Part shown: positions 1-9,348 of the stretch, in pieces
Position numbering within the stretch: the first letter of the stretch is position 1
How the letters are laid out: the number at the start of each line of letters is the position of its first letter
From: a virus
Taxonomy: Duplodnaviria > Caudoviricetes
Length of the DNA stretch: 64,000 nucleotides
IMG/VR virus record: IMGVR_UViG_3300045580_000473
Coordinates: 1-64,000 of that record
Reading direction: 5' to 3' (one strand)
Made by a program: the position numbers and the translations under genes
Notes under the pieces: generated by a model
Seen by the model: the letters and a program-made list of their open reading frames with translations, nothing else
Databases searched by the model: none
What the model was told of the DNA's origin: nothing

Positions 1-142
1 CCGGTGCTGGGGCTGGGGCGGGAGTCGGCGTGGGTCGCGGCAGCTTAGGAGGCGTCGCCGGCGTGGCGAGCGTTTTCATCATGCTGCCGCTCCGTGGCGT
101 GACAGCCGCAAGTTGATTTCCAAATTGAAACGCAGACGGCAT
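1..142 (-). CDS. N-terminal part of a Pro-rich protein (continues off window), probable internal virion protein family
   Basis: ATG at 142 gives MPSAFQFGNQLAAVTPRSG...; SAFQFG matches the FG motif in ORFs 6438, 8884, 10760 and 11773. Confidence 0.55.
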   Translation of the reverse strand, partial: MPSAFQFGNQLAAVTPRSGSMMKTLATPATPPKLPRPTPTPAPAPAP

Positions 143-157
143 GGTTGAGTCCTTTAC

Positions 158-460
158 TTAAAAAGCTTCTGTGTCCGAGTCAGTGTATTTAAGTGAACGA
201 TTGGTAACTGAGAGTTCCGTTTTGTGACACCGCCCGCCCTCGCAGCAGGTTTCGTTAATCGTGCCGCAGCGGGTGCACACCAGCTTGCCTCGAATATCCA
301 TTAACTCACCGCGACAGATATGGCATTGCGTTGCTGTGGACATTATTGTAGCAAACTCCGTACTGCCCCGAACGTGCCGCGGTAAATAAGGGCAGTTTAC
401 ACATCCGTTGCCGCAGCATCGCCCGTGCTGGAGTAACGTCTCCCGGGACAGCGGTTTCAC
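158..460 (-). CDS. Small Cys-rich protein (DUF5522-like CCGNGCxNCPY plus a zinc ribbon)
   Basis: LLQHGRCCGNGCVNCPY followed by CHIC...CTRC; ATGA overlap with the upstream gene. Confidence 0.55.
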   Translation of the reverse strand: MKPLSRETLLQHGRCCGNGCVNCPYLPRHVRGSTEFATIMSTATQCHICRGELMDIRGKLVCTRCGTINETCCEGGRCHKTELSVTNRSLKYTDSDTEAF

Positions 461-804
461 ATGTGGGCGTGGGTGAACCGGGCTTCATATGCGGCGTAAA
501 TCTCCGCATAGGCCACGCCCCACGCGGCGTCATGGGCCAGTTTATTAAACGCCTCGTCGTCGATGGCGTTGTCGAGGCGGTGGTTCCACGCCCGGGCATG
601 GGCCCACTCGTGGATCAACACGTCCATCGAACGGCTTTCATCCAGACTCTTGTCGATCTGGATGTGGAACTTCTTACCCTGCTTCCAACAGCGGCCGTCG
701 AGTTTTGTCAGCTTAACCCGCCGCACGCTGACCGGAAATGCCGCGGGGCACTCCGTTTTCAGCATCTTGAGGAGAGACTGGTACTGTCGAAAGCGGGTCG
801 CCAT
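457..804 (-). CDS. SprT-like zincin metallopeptidase
   Basis: HEWAH motif plus distal H (AHDAAW); GGAGG Shine-Dalgarno before ATG at 804. Confidence 0.6.
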   Translation of the reverse strand: MATRFRQYQSLLKMLKTECPAAFPVSVRRVKLTKLDGRCWKQGKKFHIQIDKSLDESRSMDVLIHEWAHARAWNHRLDNAIDDEAFNKLAHDAAWGVAYAEIYAAYEARFTHAHM

Positions 805-1008
805 GGCCGTCCTCCGTGACATGAAGCAGGCCAGCATCCTGCCGACCAGTCACCGATTGTATCAGGCCCTGAAAGAACTGGCGAACGCTTCTGAGCGAAA
901 GCCGTGCCACTGCATCTGCCGCCGCTTTCAAGCCGCTTTCAAAGCTGCACAGGGCGGCCCACGGGCACCCAACCAACAGCGGCGGACACCCCAAAATTCA
1001 CGAGCAAA

Positions 1009-1077
1009 ACCCGGTTTCCACCCGGATTTCACGCCCAACCAACAGCCTCGACCCGGTTTCCACCCGGATTTCACGCC
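1009..1077. repeat. Two 27-bp direct repeats (ACCCGGTTTCCACCCGGATTTCACGCC), 42-bp period
   Basis: Identical copies at 1009-1035 and 1051-1077, each holding two ACCCGGWTT units; CCCAACCAACAGC also repeats at 968 and 1034. Confidence 0.85.
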
Positions 1078-1098
1078 GGCTCGCTTGACAGGCATTGG

Positions 1099-2979
1099 TC
1101 AGGCGGGTTGTTCCCGGTTTTCCGAGCCGATGTCGCGGAGCAGATTGCGAAAGGATTCGTTCAACTGTTCTTTCTCGGCCGTGAGGCGTTCGAGCACCTC
1201 ATCAGCCGTGCGGTGCCGCTGTTTGCCGAAGAGTTTCCGGCCGAGCACGCCCGGCTCTTCAGAAGCGTTTAAATATCTTTGCACGGCGACGTTCTTGAGT
1301 TCCTCGGGCAGGCCGGCATGACTGTCGAACCGCAGGCCACGACCGCGGGCCTGCTGGAGCCGAGCCTCGTTCCAGTGGGGGTCCAGAAGCTGGATCAAAC
1401 TCGTGCCCTTGGTCGAGATGCCCTCCGCGGCGGCCGGGCCTAAGAGCAACGCCCGGAGCTTGCCCTCGTTATAGTCTTTCAGGGCCTGCTGGCGTTGCTT
1501 TGTGGGAATGCTGCCGTGAAAAATCCCATAAGGAATCTGGTTCTTCTCCAGTGCCGCAGCATACGGGTTGATGCCGGAGTCGACGAAGTTGGAATAGATA
1601 ATCGCCTTCTTGCGAGGGTCTTCGTCGAGCACTTTCTTGAGGTTGGTGTACGCCGTCTGCAGCTTGCCCGACTGCTCGAAGGCCTTGAGCGGGTTCTTGT
1701 CGGCCCGGAACGTCTGCGTCGACAGCCCAGCCTGCCGCATGCCGTTCAAAAAGCTGTTTAAACGACTAAGCTCGTCCTTCGAGAGCGGGAACTCGCGGTC
1801 CAGTTTCCAGAGAAAGCCCGGCGGAATCTTCGTGCGGATCGCCTTGTGAATCTTCTCTTGTTCGGGCGTGAGCGGCGTACGGATGATCTCTTCGTTGACG
1901 TTCACGCCCTCGGGAGTCTTGCTGGGCTGATAATCGACTTTGCCCTTGAGCAGTTCCCGCAGTTCTGCCTCGTTCTTAATAAACGGCCGCACGCCGGGCT
2001 TCACGCCTCGCAGCCAGCCCATCCAGCCGGGCTTCACCTTCTTGTAGCCCACATAGCGTTCGGCAAAGCTCTCGGGGTCGATGCTCTTGCCCTGCAGCAT
2101 CGAGACCAACGGGGCCAAGTCTGTGGGCGAATTCGTGATCGGCGTGCCGGTTAAGAGCATTACGCGTTTGGCATTGCGGGCCGCCTGCATGGCCGCTTGG
2201 GTCATCGCCGAGTTGGGATTTCTAAGCCTCGCCGCCTCGTCCATGATCAGCGTGTCGGGCTGGGACTTGAACGGCTTGCCCATGCCGAGTCCTGTGTAGC
2301 TCATGACCTCGGGATTGGAGTTGCGGGTGAACTTCTTGATCTCTTTCTCGAAGTTCCCCCGCAGACTCGCCGGCACCACGGCCGCATAGCTCCCGCCATG
2401 GAGTTTCCGGGCCGCTTCCGCCGCGGCTATAGACGACAGAGATTTCCCCGAGCCCAAGCCGTGATAGACGAGTAATCGGGGATTCTCGCCCGTGATTTTG
2501 TCGGCAATACGCTGCTGGTGGTCTTGTAGCTGGACGTCAGGGCTTAATTCCGCCTGTTTCTGCCGGTCGGCCAGATGCTGCTGAATCGCCTTGTTTTTAT
2601 AGGCTTCCAGCATGTCTACGACACCATTTCGCGACTCGCTAGGGACCAAATTCGCAGGGTCGATGCCCCAGTTGCGTAACGCCCAGCCGCGTCTGGCTGT
2701 GGGGTTTTTCACAAACGGGCCGCCATGGCGAGCCTTGAAGCTCAGCCAGCGTTTCATCTGCCGCTCGTCCTCGTCGGGAATCCTGCGGCCCGATGCGTAA
2801 CGTTTGTACCACTGGGCCCAGCCCTTCGGGTCATGCTGGCTGATCCATTCGGGCTTCCACTCCCCCAGACTGGCTAAACGCGGACCTTGGCCGCGGTACA
2901 ACGAGTCGTACACGCCCAGACTTTCCATCTGTTCGGGCGTGTAGTCCGGCGTGAATTTCGCAGCAAGGTCGTCGGGCAT
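1099..2979 (-). CDS. SNF2-type superfamily 2 helicase with an unrelated N-terminal domain
   Basis: HGLGSGKS (Walker A), DEAA (motif II), LTGTP (motif III), HWNEARLQQARGRGLR (motif VI); N-terminal GWAQWYKRY..GRR domain ends at KQA. Confidence 0.85.
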   Translation of the reverse strand: MPDDLAAKFTPDYTPEQMESLGVYDSLYRGQGPRLASLGEWKPEWISQHDPKGWAQWYKRYASGRRIPDEDERQMKRWLSFKARHGGPFVKNPTARRGWALRNWGIDPANLVPSESRNGVVDMLEAYKNKAIQQHLADRQKQAELSPDVQLQDHQQRIADKITGENPRLLVYHGLGSGKSLSSIAAAEAARKLHGGSYAAVVPASLRGNFEKEIKKFTRNSNPEVMSYTGLGMGKPFKSQPDTLIMDEAARLRNPNSAMTQAAMQAARNAKRVMLLTGTPITNSPTDLAPLVSMLQGKSIDPESFAERYVGYKKVKPGWMGWLRGVKPGVRPFIKNEAELRELLKGKVDYQPSKTPEGVNVNEEIIRTPLTPEQEKIHKAIRTKIPPGFLWKLDREFPLSKDELSRLNSFLNGMRQAGLSTQTFRADKNPLKAFEQSGKLQTAYTNLKKVLDEDPRKKAIIYSNFVDSGINPYAAALEKNQIPYGIFHGSIPTKQRQQALKDYNEGKLRALLLGPAAAEGISTKGTSLIQLLDPHWNEARLQQARGRGLRFDSHAGLPEELKNVAVQRYLNASEEPGVLGRKLFGKQRHRTADEVLERLTAEKEQLNESFRNLLRDIGSENREQPA

Positions 2980-3132
2980 AGCGTCACTGCCGGATGAAAT
3001 ACACCAGTGCCACCGCCAGCCCTGCCGCCAGAGCCGTCACGGCGTAAATAAAAACAGCAATAGCGTCGGGAGCTTTTTTAGCCATAGTCTCGCCATTTTA
3101 CACGGTTTTTCCGGCCGGCCCAACTGCGGTCT

Positions 3133-3390
3133 TTACTGCCAGTCGCTGAGATACACCACAGCGATATAGGTGCCCACGAACGCCCCCAGACTCAAGGGGA
3201 CGATATACAGGACATTATGCGTGTAACTCATGACGCCCACGGCCCCGAGACTGTACAGAATCGAGCCGGTAAAACTGGCCGCCAGAGCCCGTTTCTGGCT
3301 CACGCAGAGGACGTACAGGGCGTAGAGAATGTCAAACAGGACATAGACGACAAAAACCATGAACGCCGTCAGCCAACTGAAATCCTGCAT
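3133..3390 (-). CDS. Small membrane protein
   Basis: Three hydrophobic segments; GGAGG Shine-Dalgarno. Confidence 0.6.
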   Translation of the reverse strand: MQDFSWLTAFMVFVVYVLFDILYALYVLCVSQKRALAASFTGSILYSLGAVGVMSYTHNVLYIVPLSLGAFVGTYIAVVYLSDWQ

Positions 3391-3873
3391 GCGATCCTCC
3401 TAGATTCTGTGGGCTGTTCGCCACACGACGTAGAGCCCACAGCCCGCCGAGACCAAGCCCAGATATCTCGCCCATGTATACACGTGGGCGAACCAGAAAA
3501 TCCCCAGCCAGATCGCGGCCAGTGCGGTGATCGCCGCCAGAATGGGCAGCTTGGCGTGATGAAACCAGAGCGACATGGGCCCGCAGAGAAACAGCAGGCA
3601 CCAGATCACAAACACCATGATCGCCAGACTTTCCATAAACATCAACTCCGTTTGATTTTCTTTTTCGGGCATTCGCGAAAGCCGCATACGGAGCACTTGC
3701 CCCATTGGCCGACTTTGTTGCAGTCGCAGCGGCTGCACCAAAACAGCCCGCGTTTTGCAATCTGGCTTCGTTGCCGATTCGTTAACACCGCGTCTTCCAT
3801 GCTCGTTTCCTTGCGAATGTACACACAAAAAGCACTCTACACTTGCTGCGTGTATATGCCAGTTTGTGTGTAG

Positions 3874-4488
3874 TTAGGATTTCCCGAAACAGACGCACCA
3901 GTACAGCCGGCCGCGGGAGTCTTTCCGTGCTCCGCAGCCGATCTTGTTAAAACCAGTGCTCATGATATTACGCCGATGCCCCGGCGACCAGAGCCAACTT
4001 TTCATGACACTCTCGGGCGTCTCTTGGCCCCATGCGATGTTCTCGCCGGCCCGAGAGAACCCTAGTTGCATGAGCTTTCGCATCGACGAGTGCACCATGC
4101 GGCGATTTTCCGCCATCCAATTGGCGTGCTCTTGAGCGTAGTTTGTTAATTTTTCATCGACCTGTAACGGCGGCAGATTCCACGCCCAACTGGCTTTCTC
4201 CCGGGCGGTGTTGTGCAGGGCGGCAAGCTGGTCGGTGTCGGCGTCAACGGTGTTGCGAAGCAGGGGTAGACTCTGAAGATTGAGCTTGCGGCGAAATTTA
4301 TCATTTTCGCGAGACTTGAGCAGGTACATCTGCTGGTATTCGCTGGCGAGCTTCCGCTGACCGTCCAGTTCGTCGTAAAGCTCCAGTAAGACCTCCGCGG
4401 CCCTGTCATGCGGTCCGCCGATCACAGCCTCGGAGAACCGGCGAAGCTCCGCGGCTAAGAGGGCGATGTCCTGCTGCTCGTACCTCAT
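3874..4488 (-). CDS. CAP/SCP domain protein
   Basis: HN..R, AQEHANWMA, GENIA and WLWSPGHRRNI motifs. Confidence 0.85.
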   Translation of the reverse strand: MRYEQQDIALLAAELRRFSEAVIGGPHDRAAEVLLELYDELDGQRKLASEYQQMYLLKSRENDKFRRKLNLQSLPLLRNTVDADTDQLAALHNTAREKASWAWNLPPLQVDEKLTNYAQEHANWMAENRRMVHSSMRKLMQLGFSRAGENIAWGQETPESVMKSWLWSPGHRRNIMSTGFNKIGCGARKDSRGRLYWCVCFGKS

Positions 4489-5333
4489 GGCTGCACCTCG
4501 GCGTCGGCCAAGGCGATCTCGGAGCCGGTCGTGCTCTGGGCCTTGAGAGCCAGTTCATAGTTCTCGATCTGCCGGTGCACCCAGTCGTGATACATGCTCA
4601 CACGGGTAAACGCGGCCTCGTCGCCATAGGTGCCGTCGGTCTTCTTGTCGGCGGCGAGTAAAAACGAATTAATCCCAGCGAGCTTGTCGCCAATAAACAT
4701 GCCGCCGCCTGAATCCCCCGGCGTAATCACAAACTCCAGCGGCATCCGACCTTTGCCGGCCGTGGGCGAGCAGAAGAGAACCGCGTCCGCACGACCGTCG
4801 ATCACGTTGTGCCCGGCACGCTTGCGTTGGTCCGATGTCTCGGCGTTCGCTCCGCTGGAAAACGTGCCCTGAATCCCGTAGCCGGCAATCGTGATCGCCT
4901 TTCCCATCTCGTCCTGCTGGTCGTAGAGCGGCGTGTAAAAATCGAGCTTGAAGTCCGTGCCGCTGTAGCCTAGAGCAAGGTCGTGCCAGCCGACTTTTTC
5001 TGACACATACTCGCGATGAATGATGACGGTGCTGAGCGGATATTCCGTGCCGTCGTCCTTGAGAATCTTTTGGCCGTACGTGCCCTCGACGACATGGGCC
5101 GCGGTGAGAATCCAGTTGGGCCGGATAATCACCGCCGAGCCGTGCTGCTCGTGTTCTTTCTTCGGGCAGTCGGGGTTCGTGCACTTGATCTTGGCGATGA
5201 TTTTCACCACGCCCGGAAACTGCTGGCCGAACTCGACGTACTTGCTGTCGGGGGTATTCGGGTCTCGCGTGCCGGCCTGTACCGCCTCAGCACCAATAGC
5301 TAAAAAAAACAGGAGTGATGTAAAGAGTTTCAT
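4485..5333 (-). CDS. Secreted trypsin-like serine protease
   Basis: Signal peptide; catalytic motifs LTAAH, DLAL, GDSGG. Confidence 0.9.
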   Translation of the reverse strand: MKLFTSLLFFLAIGAEAVQAGTRDPNTPDSKYVEFGQQFPGVVKIIAKIKCTNPDCPKKEHEQHGSAVIIRPNWILTAAHVVEGTYGQKILKDDGTEYPLSTVIIHREYVSEKVGWHDLALGYSGTDFKLDFYTPLYDQQDEMGKAITIAGYGIQGTFSSGANAETSDQRKRAGHNVIDGRADAVLFCSPTAGKGRMPLEFVITPGDSGGGMFIGDKLAGINSFLLAADKKTDGTYGDEAAFTRVSMYHDWVHRQIENYELALKAQSTTGSEIALADAEVQP

Positions 5334-5375
5334 GATCGGCCTCCTTGCTACCGGCAGATGCGGCAGTGAAATGAG

Positions 5376-5693
5376 TTAGTTGCGGTCACGCAGCCATGTT
5401 TGGAATTCCTTCTTGTTCATGAGGCCGGCACGACGGGCCACCTCACGGGTTTTGTCGTCTAAACGCACCACGGTCGGCACGGTGGACACAGCGAAAATCT
5501 CGGCGGTTTCGGGGGACTCGATGATGTCGATCCGCGAAACAACAAAACCCTGAGTTAACTCAGGGTTCTCTTTGAGCATCTGCTCAAACTTGGCACAGGG
5601 CCGGCACCCCGGCATGTGAAAAATGAGTAATTCGTCGGCAAATAGTGCCGAAGAAAAGAGGGCCACAAGCAGGCCCGCGAGAAAAGTTTTCAT
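5376..5693 (-). CDS. Exported thioredoxin-fold protein
   Basis: Signal peptide; CRPC active site; cis-Pro VPT motif. Confidence 0.8.
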   Translation of the reverse strand: MKTFLAGLLVALFSSALFADELLIFHMPGCRPCAKFEQMLKENPELTQGFVVSRIDIIESPETAEIFAVSTVPTVVRLDDKTREVARRAGLMNKKEFQTWLRDRN

Positions 5694-5774
5694 GGCTGTT
5701 CCCCCCGCAGACCCAAAGACCCACAGCCGCCAGAGGAATTAACTTACCACAGAAGTTAACACTTCGCCAAATAG

Positions 5775-6362
5775 TCACCCGCCGCCGGGCCAGAACGCCT
5801 GACAATGCCCGGAGGCGACGTGGACCAGATAGCCCAGTCCGGTCAGGCGGGCAATCAGGGCCTGACTCTCCTGTGCGGGCACTAACCCGTTGTGCTCAAA
5901 GAAGATAGACACGGGCCGGAGCGAGAGCGTGTCGAAGAAGTCGTTGAGAATAATCGCGTCATGGCCCTCCGTGTCGATCTTCAAAAAGTCGATGTGGGTA
6001 ATGTTGTATTTGGCGACGAGGTCCTTGATCCTGACGACGGGCACCGTGGTCTTGACCACGCACTCCGGTGGAATCACGCCCTGCCTGACGCCCGCCTCGA
6101 CGGTCGGATGCGGCTTGCCCACGGAGTTACAGCCCCGCAGCCAGTTGTTCAGCCCCCGCTGCTCGATGACGTCTGACGGGACGCGATACAGGTCGATCTG
6201 GCCCGTATAGTTGCTCACCGCGACGTTCTCTTTCCGACACGTGGCCGGAAGCCTGTCGAAGTATTCTTTCACGGGCTCGATGAACAAACCGTCGACGACG
6301 CCCGCCTGTGTATCGAAGTCACAGGTGCCGATCTCAATGATAAATGGCCGGGGTGGTGTCAT
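5775..6362 (-). CDS. FkbM-family methyltransferase
   Basis: IEIGTCD, IEPV, LKIDTEGHD, FFEH motifs. Confidence 0.85.
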   Translation of the reverse strand: MTPPRPFIIEIGTCDFDTQAGVVDGLFIEPVKEYFDRLPATCRKENVAVSNYTGQIDLYRVPSDVIEQRGLNNWLRGCNSVGKPHPTVEAGVRQGVIPPECVVKTTVPVVRIKDLVAKYNITHIDFLKIDTEGHDAIILNDFFDTLSLRPVSIFFEHNGLVPAQESQALIARLTGLGYLVHVASGHCQAFWPGGG

Positions 6363-6365
6363 ACG

Positions 6366-6400
6366 AAAAAACCCAGCCCGAGGAGAAGTTCGGGCTGGGC
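6366..6400 (-). terminator. Intrinsic terminator
   Basis: GCCCAGCCCGA-loop-TCGGGCTGGGT followed by a T tract on the minus strand. Confidence 0.75.
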
Positions 6401-6437
6401 TCTAATGGTCCTGCGGTAGCGGGAAAGACGCAGTGTT

Positions 6438-6956
6438 TTATTTTCGTCGCAGGCTGTGGGCTAACGTCGTACCGAACGCGAACGCACTGGCGATCTTGGG
6501 TTCTTCGGAGCCGTACGTGTGGTCGCCGTAGGCTTTGCCGGCCATGCCGCCGAGCACCGTGCCTGCCGCGAGGCCGCCGGCACCGCCAGCCGCTGCACCA
6601 CGCAGAGCCCCCATCAGTCGGCTGCGACGCCTGAGCCGCACGCCGCCCTCCTCGTCGATTTCACCCACGGCACCCGGATCATACGCCCCGTGCAAACCGC
6701 CGCCGATCACGCCGGCGAGGCCACCGCCCATGCCGCCTAAACTCGCTCCCGCCAGCGGAGCGACCGCCTGCGAAATGGCTTGGCTTAAACTTTGCTCGGC
6801 GGCCTTCGTTTCACCGCTCGTGTGCTCGCGGCTGAACTCGTCGGGGGTCATCTTCTTGTGCTCTTCATACTGCATCTTAGGCTTCATGCCCTCGACCGGC
6901 TCGCTGCAGTCGTATACTTTCGCGGCCTTGGTCAGCAGTTCAATGTTTACGCTCAT
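6438..6956 (-). CDS. Glycine-zipper protein, putative internal virion protein
   Basis: GxxxG helices around a PG..D.EG..RRRSR loop; KAA/KIA motifs; C-terminal SAFAFG. Confidence 0.55.
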   Translation of the reverse strand: MSVNIELLTKAAKVYDCSEPVEGMKPKMQYEEHKKMTPDEFSREHTSGETKAAEQSLSQAISQAVAPLAGASLGGMGGGLAGVIGGGLHGAYDPGAVGEIDEEGGVRLRRRSRLMGALRGAAAGGAGGLAAGTVLGGMAGKAYGDHTYGSEEPKIASAFAFGTTLAHSLRRK

Positions 6957-6983
6957 GTCGGGGTTCCTGTTTTAAAAGTAGTA

Positions 6984-8876
6984 TTAGCGGCCCAGCGTCG
7001 GTGAGCCGGGCAGTTGCATGTTGCTCATGTCAATGCCGGAGGCGTCAAAGCCACGACTCGGTGCTGTTCTGATATTCTCTTCGACCTGCTTGTCTCGAAC
7101 CTGTTGCAGCATGCGGGCGAACTCGGCGGGATTCTTCTGCTTCATCGCCAAGACTTCGGGCGAGACGTTTTCAATTCCAGCCTGCTGGTCCATGCTGGCC
7201 TGCTGGGCCTTGGCCGCGGCCTGAGCCTTCGACTTGGCATACGCCGACGGGCCCATCAGCGACTCGTTCTGGCGGTCAAACTTGGCCTGCTCGTTGGCAG
7301 CAGCACGGGCTCTTAACGCGGCTACGCCAGCGGTATCCGTCGGCGTATACGTCGGCGATTTAGGAGCCTGCATGTTCGCCATGTTCGGGCCCTTGTAGAG
7401 CGGATTCGAGACCTGCCCGCCGGTGTTCCCGCTGGCAATACTTGCTCCCATCGTGCCCGGAGCACTCGCAGTCTGGGCGTCACGGAACCGCTTGGCCTCG
7501 CCCTTCTGCAGGCTCGGGCTGAAATAATCTTTGTCAGAACCGCGGTACGACTTGGCATAGTTTCCGCCGCGGCCCTGTTCTGTGGCCAGAGCGACTTCCT
7601 GCGGCGACTTCGGGTTGGCGGTGCTCGTCGGTGCCTTGGGTCCGAAGCCCAGTCGCTTCGCCAGATCGCTGCCAAAGCCCGTCGCCGCACCGTAGGCACT
7701 GTTCACGGCATCAGGGGCAAAGTGGCCAGCCAGTCCGCCAGCACCAGCACCCATCACGCCGCCGCCGATCAGGCCACGCAGAGCCGCACCAAATCGGCTG
7801 CGTTGCTTGCGGCCCACGAGATTGCCCTCGTCGTCATAGACGTCTTCTTCGCCCGGAGCGACAAGGCCGGCTAAGCCGCCGGCCAAGCCACCGCCCAAGC
7901 CACCCATGCCAGCACCCTGCAGGACGCCGGCCGGAATATTGCTGGTTAAATTCTTGGCGTAGCTGCCGAGGTCCTGCAGCGACGGCATAGCCTGCTTTTC
8001 ACTCGCCGTCTTGCCGCCCATGAGCCCGCCCAGACCGATCCCGGCCAGCATCGAATTTAAATTGCCGCCGTTGGCCAGATGCGAGCCGATGTACGTGCCC
8101 GCACCACCTGCCGCCGCACCGAGCAACGCATTGCGAAATCGGTTCTTGCGACTGAGCAAGGCACCGGCTGCACCGCCGGCCAGAGCACCACCGGCCGCGT
8201 TTGTCAGATTGCCCGAGATACCCAGTCGGCCGGCAAGCGTCGTGTCTTTCTCACGCTGCTGTAATTCAGGAGCCACCGGATTCCCCGAGGGACGAGCCTC
8301 ACGCACATGCATCGGCCGACCGTCGAACACAGGCTCAGGCTGACCAGACGAAAACGGCCAGATGGCCTCTTTGCTCAGGGCCTGAATCCGCTCTGCCTTC
8401 TCGTTCAGCGACAGCGACGTGTTGTTCACAATCGCGGCGAGCTTTTCATGAGCCGCCTTGGACGACTCGCCTTCGCTGTCGTCTTCTCTCTTCGGAGCTT
8501 TTTTCTTCTGCGGAGCCGGAGCTTTCTGCTGCCACGGAGCTTTCTTGCCCGTGATGCCCTTGGCGATGCCGGCACCAGCGTGATAGCCGCCGTAGCCGCC
8601 AAAGCCCGCACCGCCCACCAGCCCAGCCAGTGTCGGAAGACCCATCGCCACGCCGCGGTACTCGTCGGGCACAAGCTGAGAAATGCCGGCTCCGATGCCA
8701 CCACCGGCCAGAGCACCGGCCAGTCCGCCGGCACCAGCACCAACGCCGAGCCCGATCCCACGGCCGGCACCGTGCACGGCACCCTCACCACGGCTGCCTG
8801 CGGGCGACGACATCGCACCAATACCGGCACCGATTAATCCGGGCAGAACAATCTCAGCTTTTTTTTCGTTGGGCAT
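6984..8876 (-). CDS. Multi-module glycine-zipper protein, putative internal virion protein
   Basis: Three Gly-zipper hairpins separated by KKA, KAA, KLA, KEA, KTA and KQA motifs. Confidence 0.55.
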   Translation of the reverse strand: MPNEKKAEIVLPGLIGAGIGAMSSPAGSRGEGAVHGAGRGIGLGVGAGAGGLAGALAGGGIGAGISQLVPDEYRGVAMGLPTLAGLVGGAGFGGYGGYHAGAGIAKGITGKKAPWQQKAPAPQKKKAPKREDDSEGESSKAAHEKLAAIVNNTSLSLNEKAERIQALSKEAIWPFSSGQPEPVFDGRPMHVREARPSGNPVAPELQQREKDTTLAGRLGISGNLTNAAGGALAGGAAGALLSRKNRFRNALLGAAAGGAGTYIGSHLANGGNLNSMLAGIGLGGLMGGKTASEKQAMPSLQDLGSYAKNLTSNIPAGVLQGAGMGGLGGGLAGGLAGLVAPGEEDVYDDEGNLVGRKQRSRFGAALRGLIGGGVMGAGAGGLAGHFAPDAVNSAYGAATGFGSDLAKRLGFGPKAPTSTANPKSPQEVALATEQGRGGNYAKSYRGSDKDYFSPSLQKGEAKRFRDAQTASAPGTMGASIASGNTGGQVSNPLYKGPNMANMQAPKSPTYTPTDTAGVAALRARAAANEQAKFDRQNESLMGPSAYAKSKAQAAAKAQQASMDQQAGIENVSPEVLAMKQKNPAEFARMLQQVRDKQVEENIRTAPSRGFDASGIDMSNMQLPGSPTLGR

Positions 8877-8883
8877 AGTTAAC

Positions 8884-9348
8884 TCACGCGGTTGTGGTGA
8901 TCTGGTCTAAAAGAGGTTTGTTGACGTCAACAGCGTCATACTTCTTGGTGACGGACAGCGGCAGAAACCCCAGAGCAGTCTGTTTCACGCCGGATAAAAT
9001 TTTGTCGATTTCAGGATTATACTGCGAAAGCGTTTGGCTTGCATAGTTGGATAACGCACTCGTGCCGGCCCCGATGGCCGCTCCTTGTAACGCCCCCATC
9101 CACGGATTTCGCTTCTTTTTCGCGATCACATTGCCGTGGGCGTCGAGCTTTTCATGATAGCCCGGCCAGAGTAATCCCCGGCCGAAACCCAAGCCGCCGC
9201 CGACCGTGGCCGCGATTAACAACTGCCGCAGAGCCTTGTAGTCATGGGGCAGCCGCGGATCGACGCCATACATGTGCTCAAACTGGGTTTTATATCCGTC
9301 CCAGAAGGACTCGGCGATCTTTTCACCGAACTCGCGTGGCGTACTCAT
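8884..9348 (-). CDS. Glycine-zipper protein, putative internal virion protein
   Basis: N-terminal PREFGEKIA; paralogous PG..D.HG..KKR.....GALQG module. Confidence 0.55.
   Translation of the reverse strand: MSTPREFGEKIAESFWDGYKTQFEHMYGVDPRLPHDYKALRQLLIAATVGGGLGFGRGLLWPGYHEKLDAHGNVIAKKKRNPWMGALQGAAIGAGTSALSNYASQTLSQYNPEIDKILSGVKQTALGFLPLSVTKKYDAVDVNKPLLDQITTTA

Noticed and set aside
3849-3880. GGCATAT upstream of small ORFs
   Set aside because: No GCTAAA 16 nt upstream and the conserved downstream T is absent.
5296-5310. TTTTTTTTAGCTATT on the minus strand, resembling the terminator-tail motif
   Set aside because: It lies within the signal-peptide codons (LFFLAI) of the protease gene, has no preceding hairpin and ends ATT rather than ATC.
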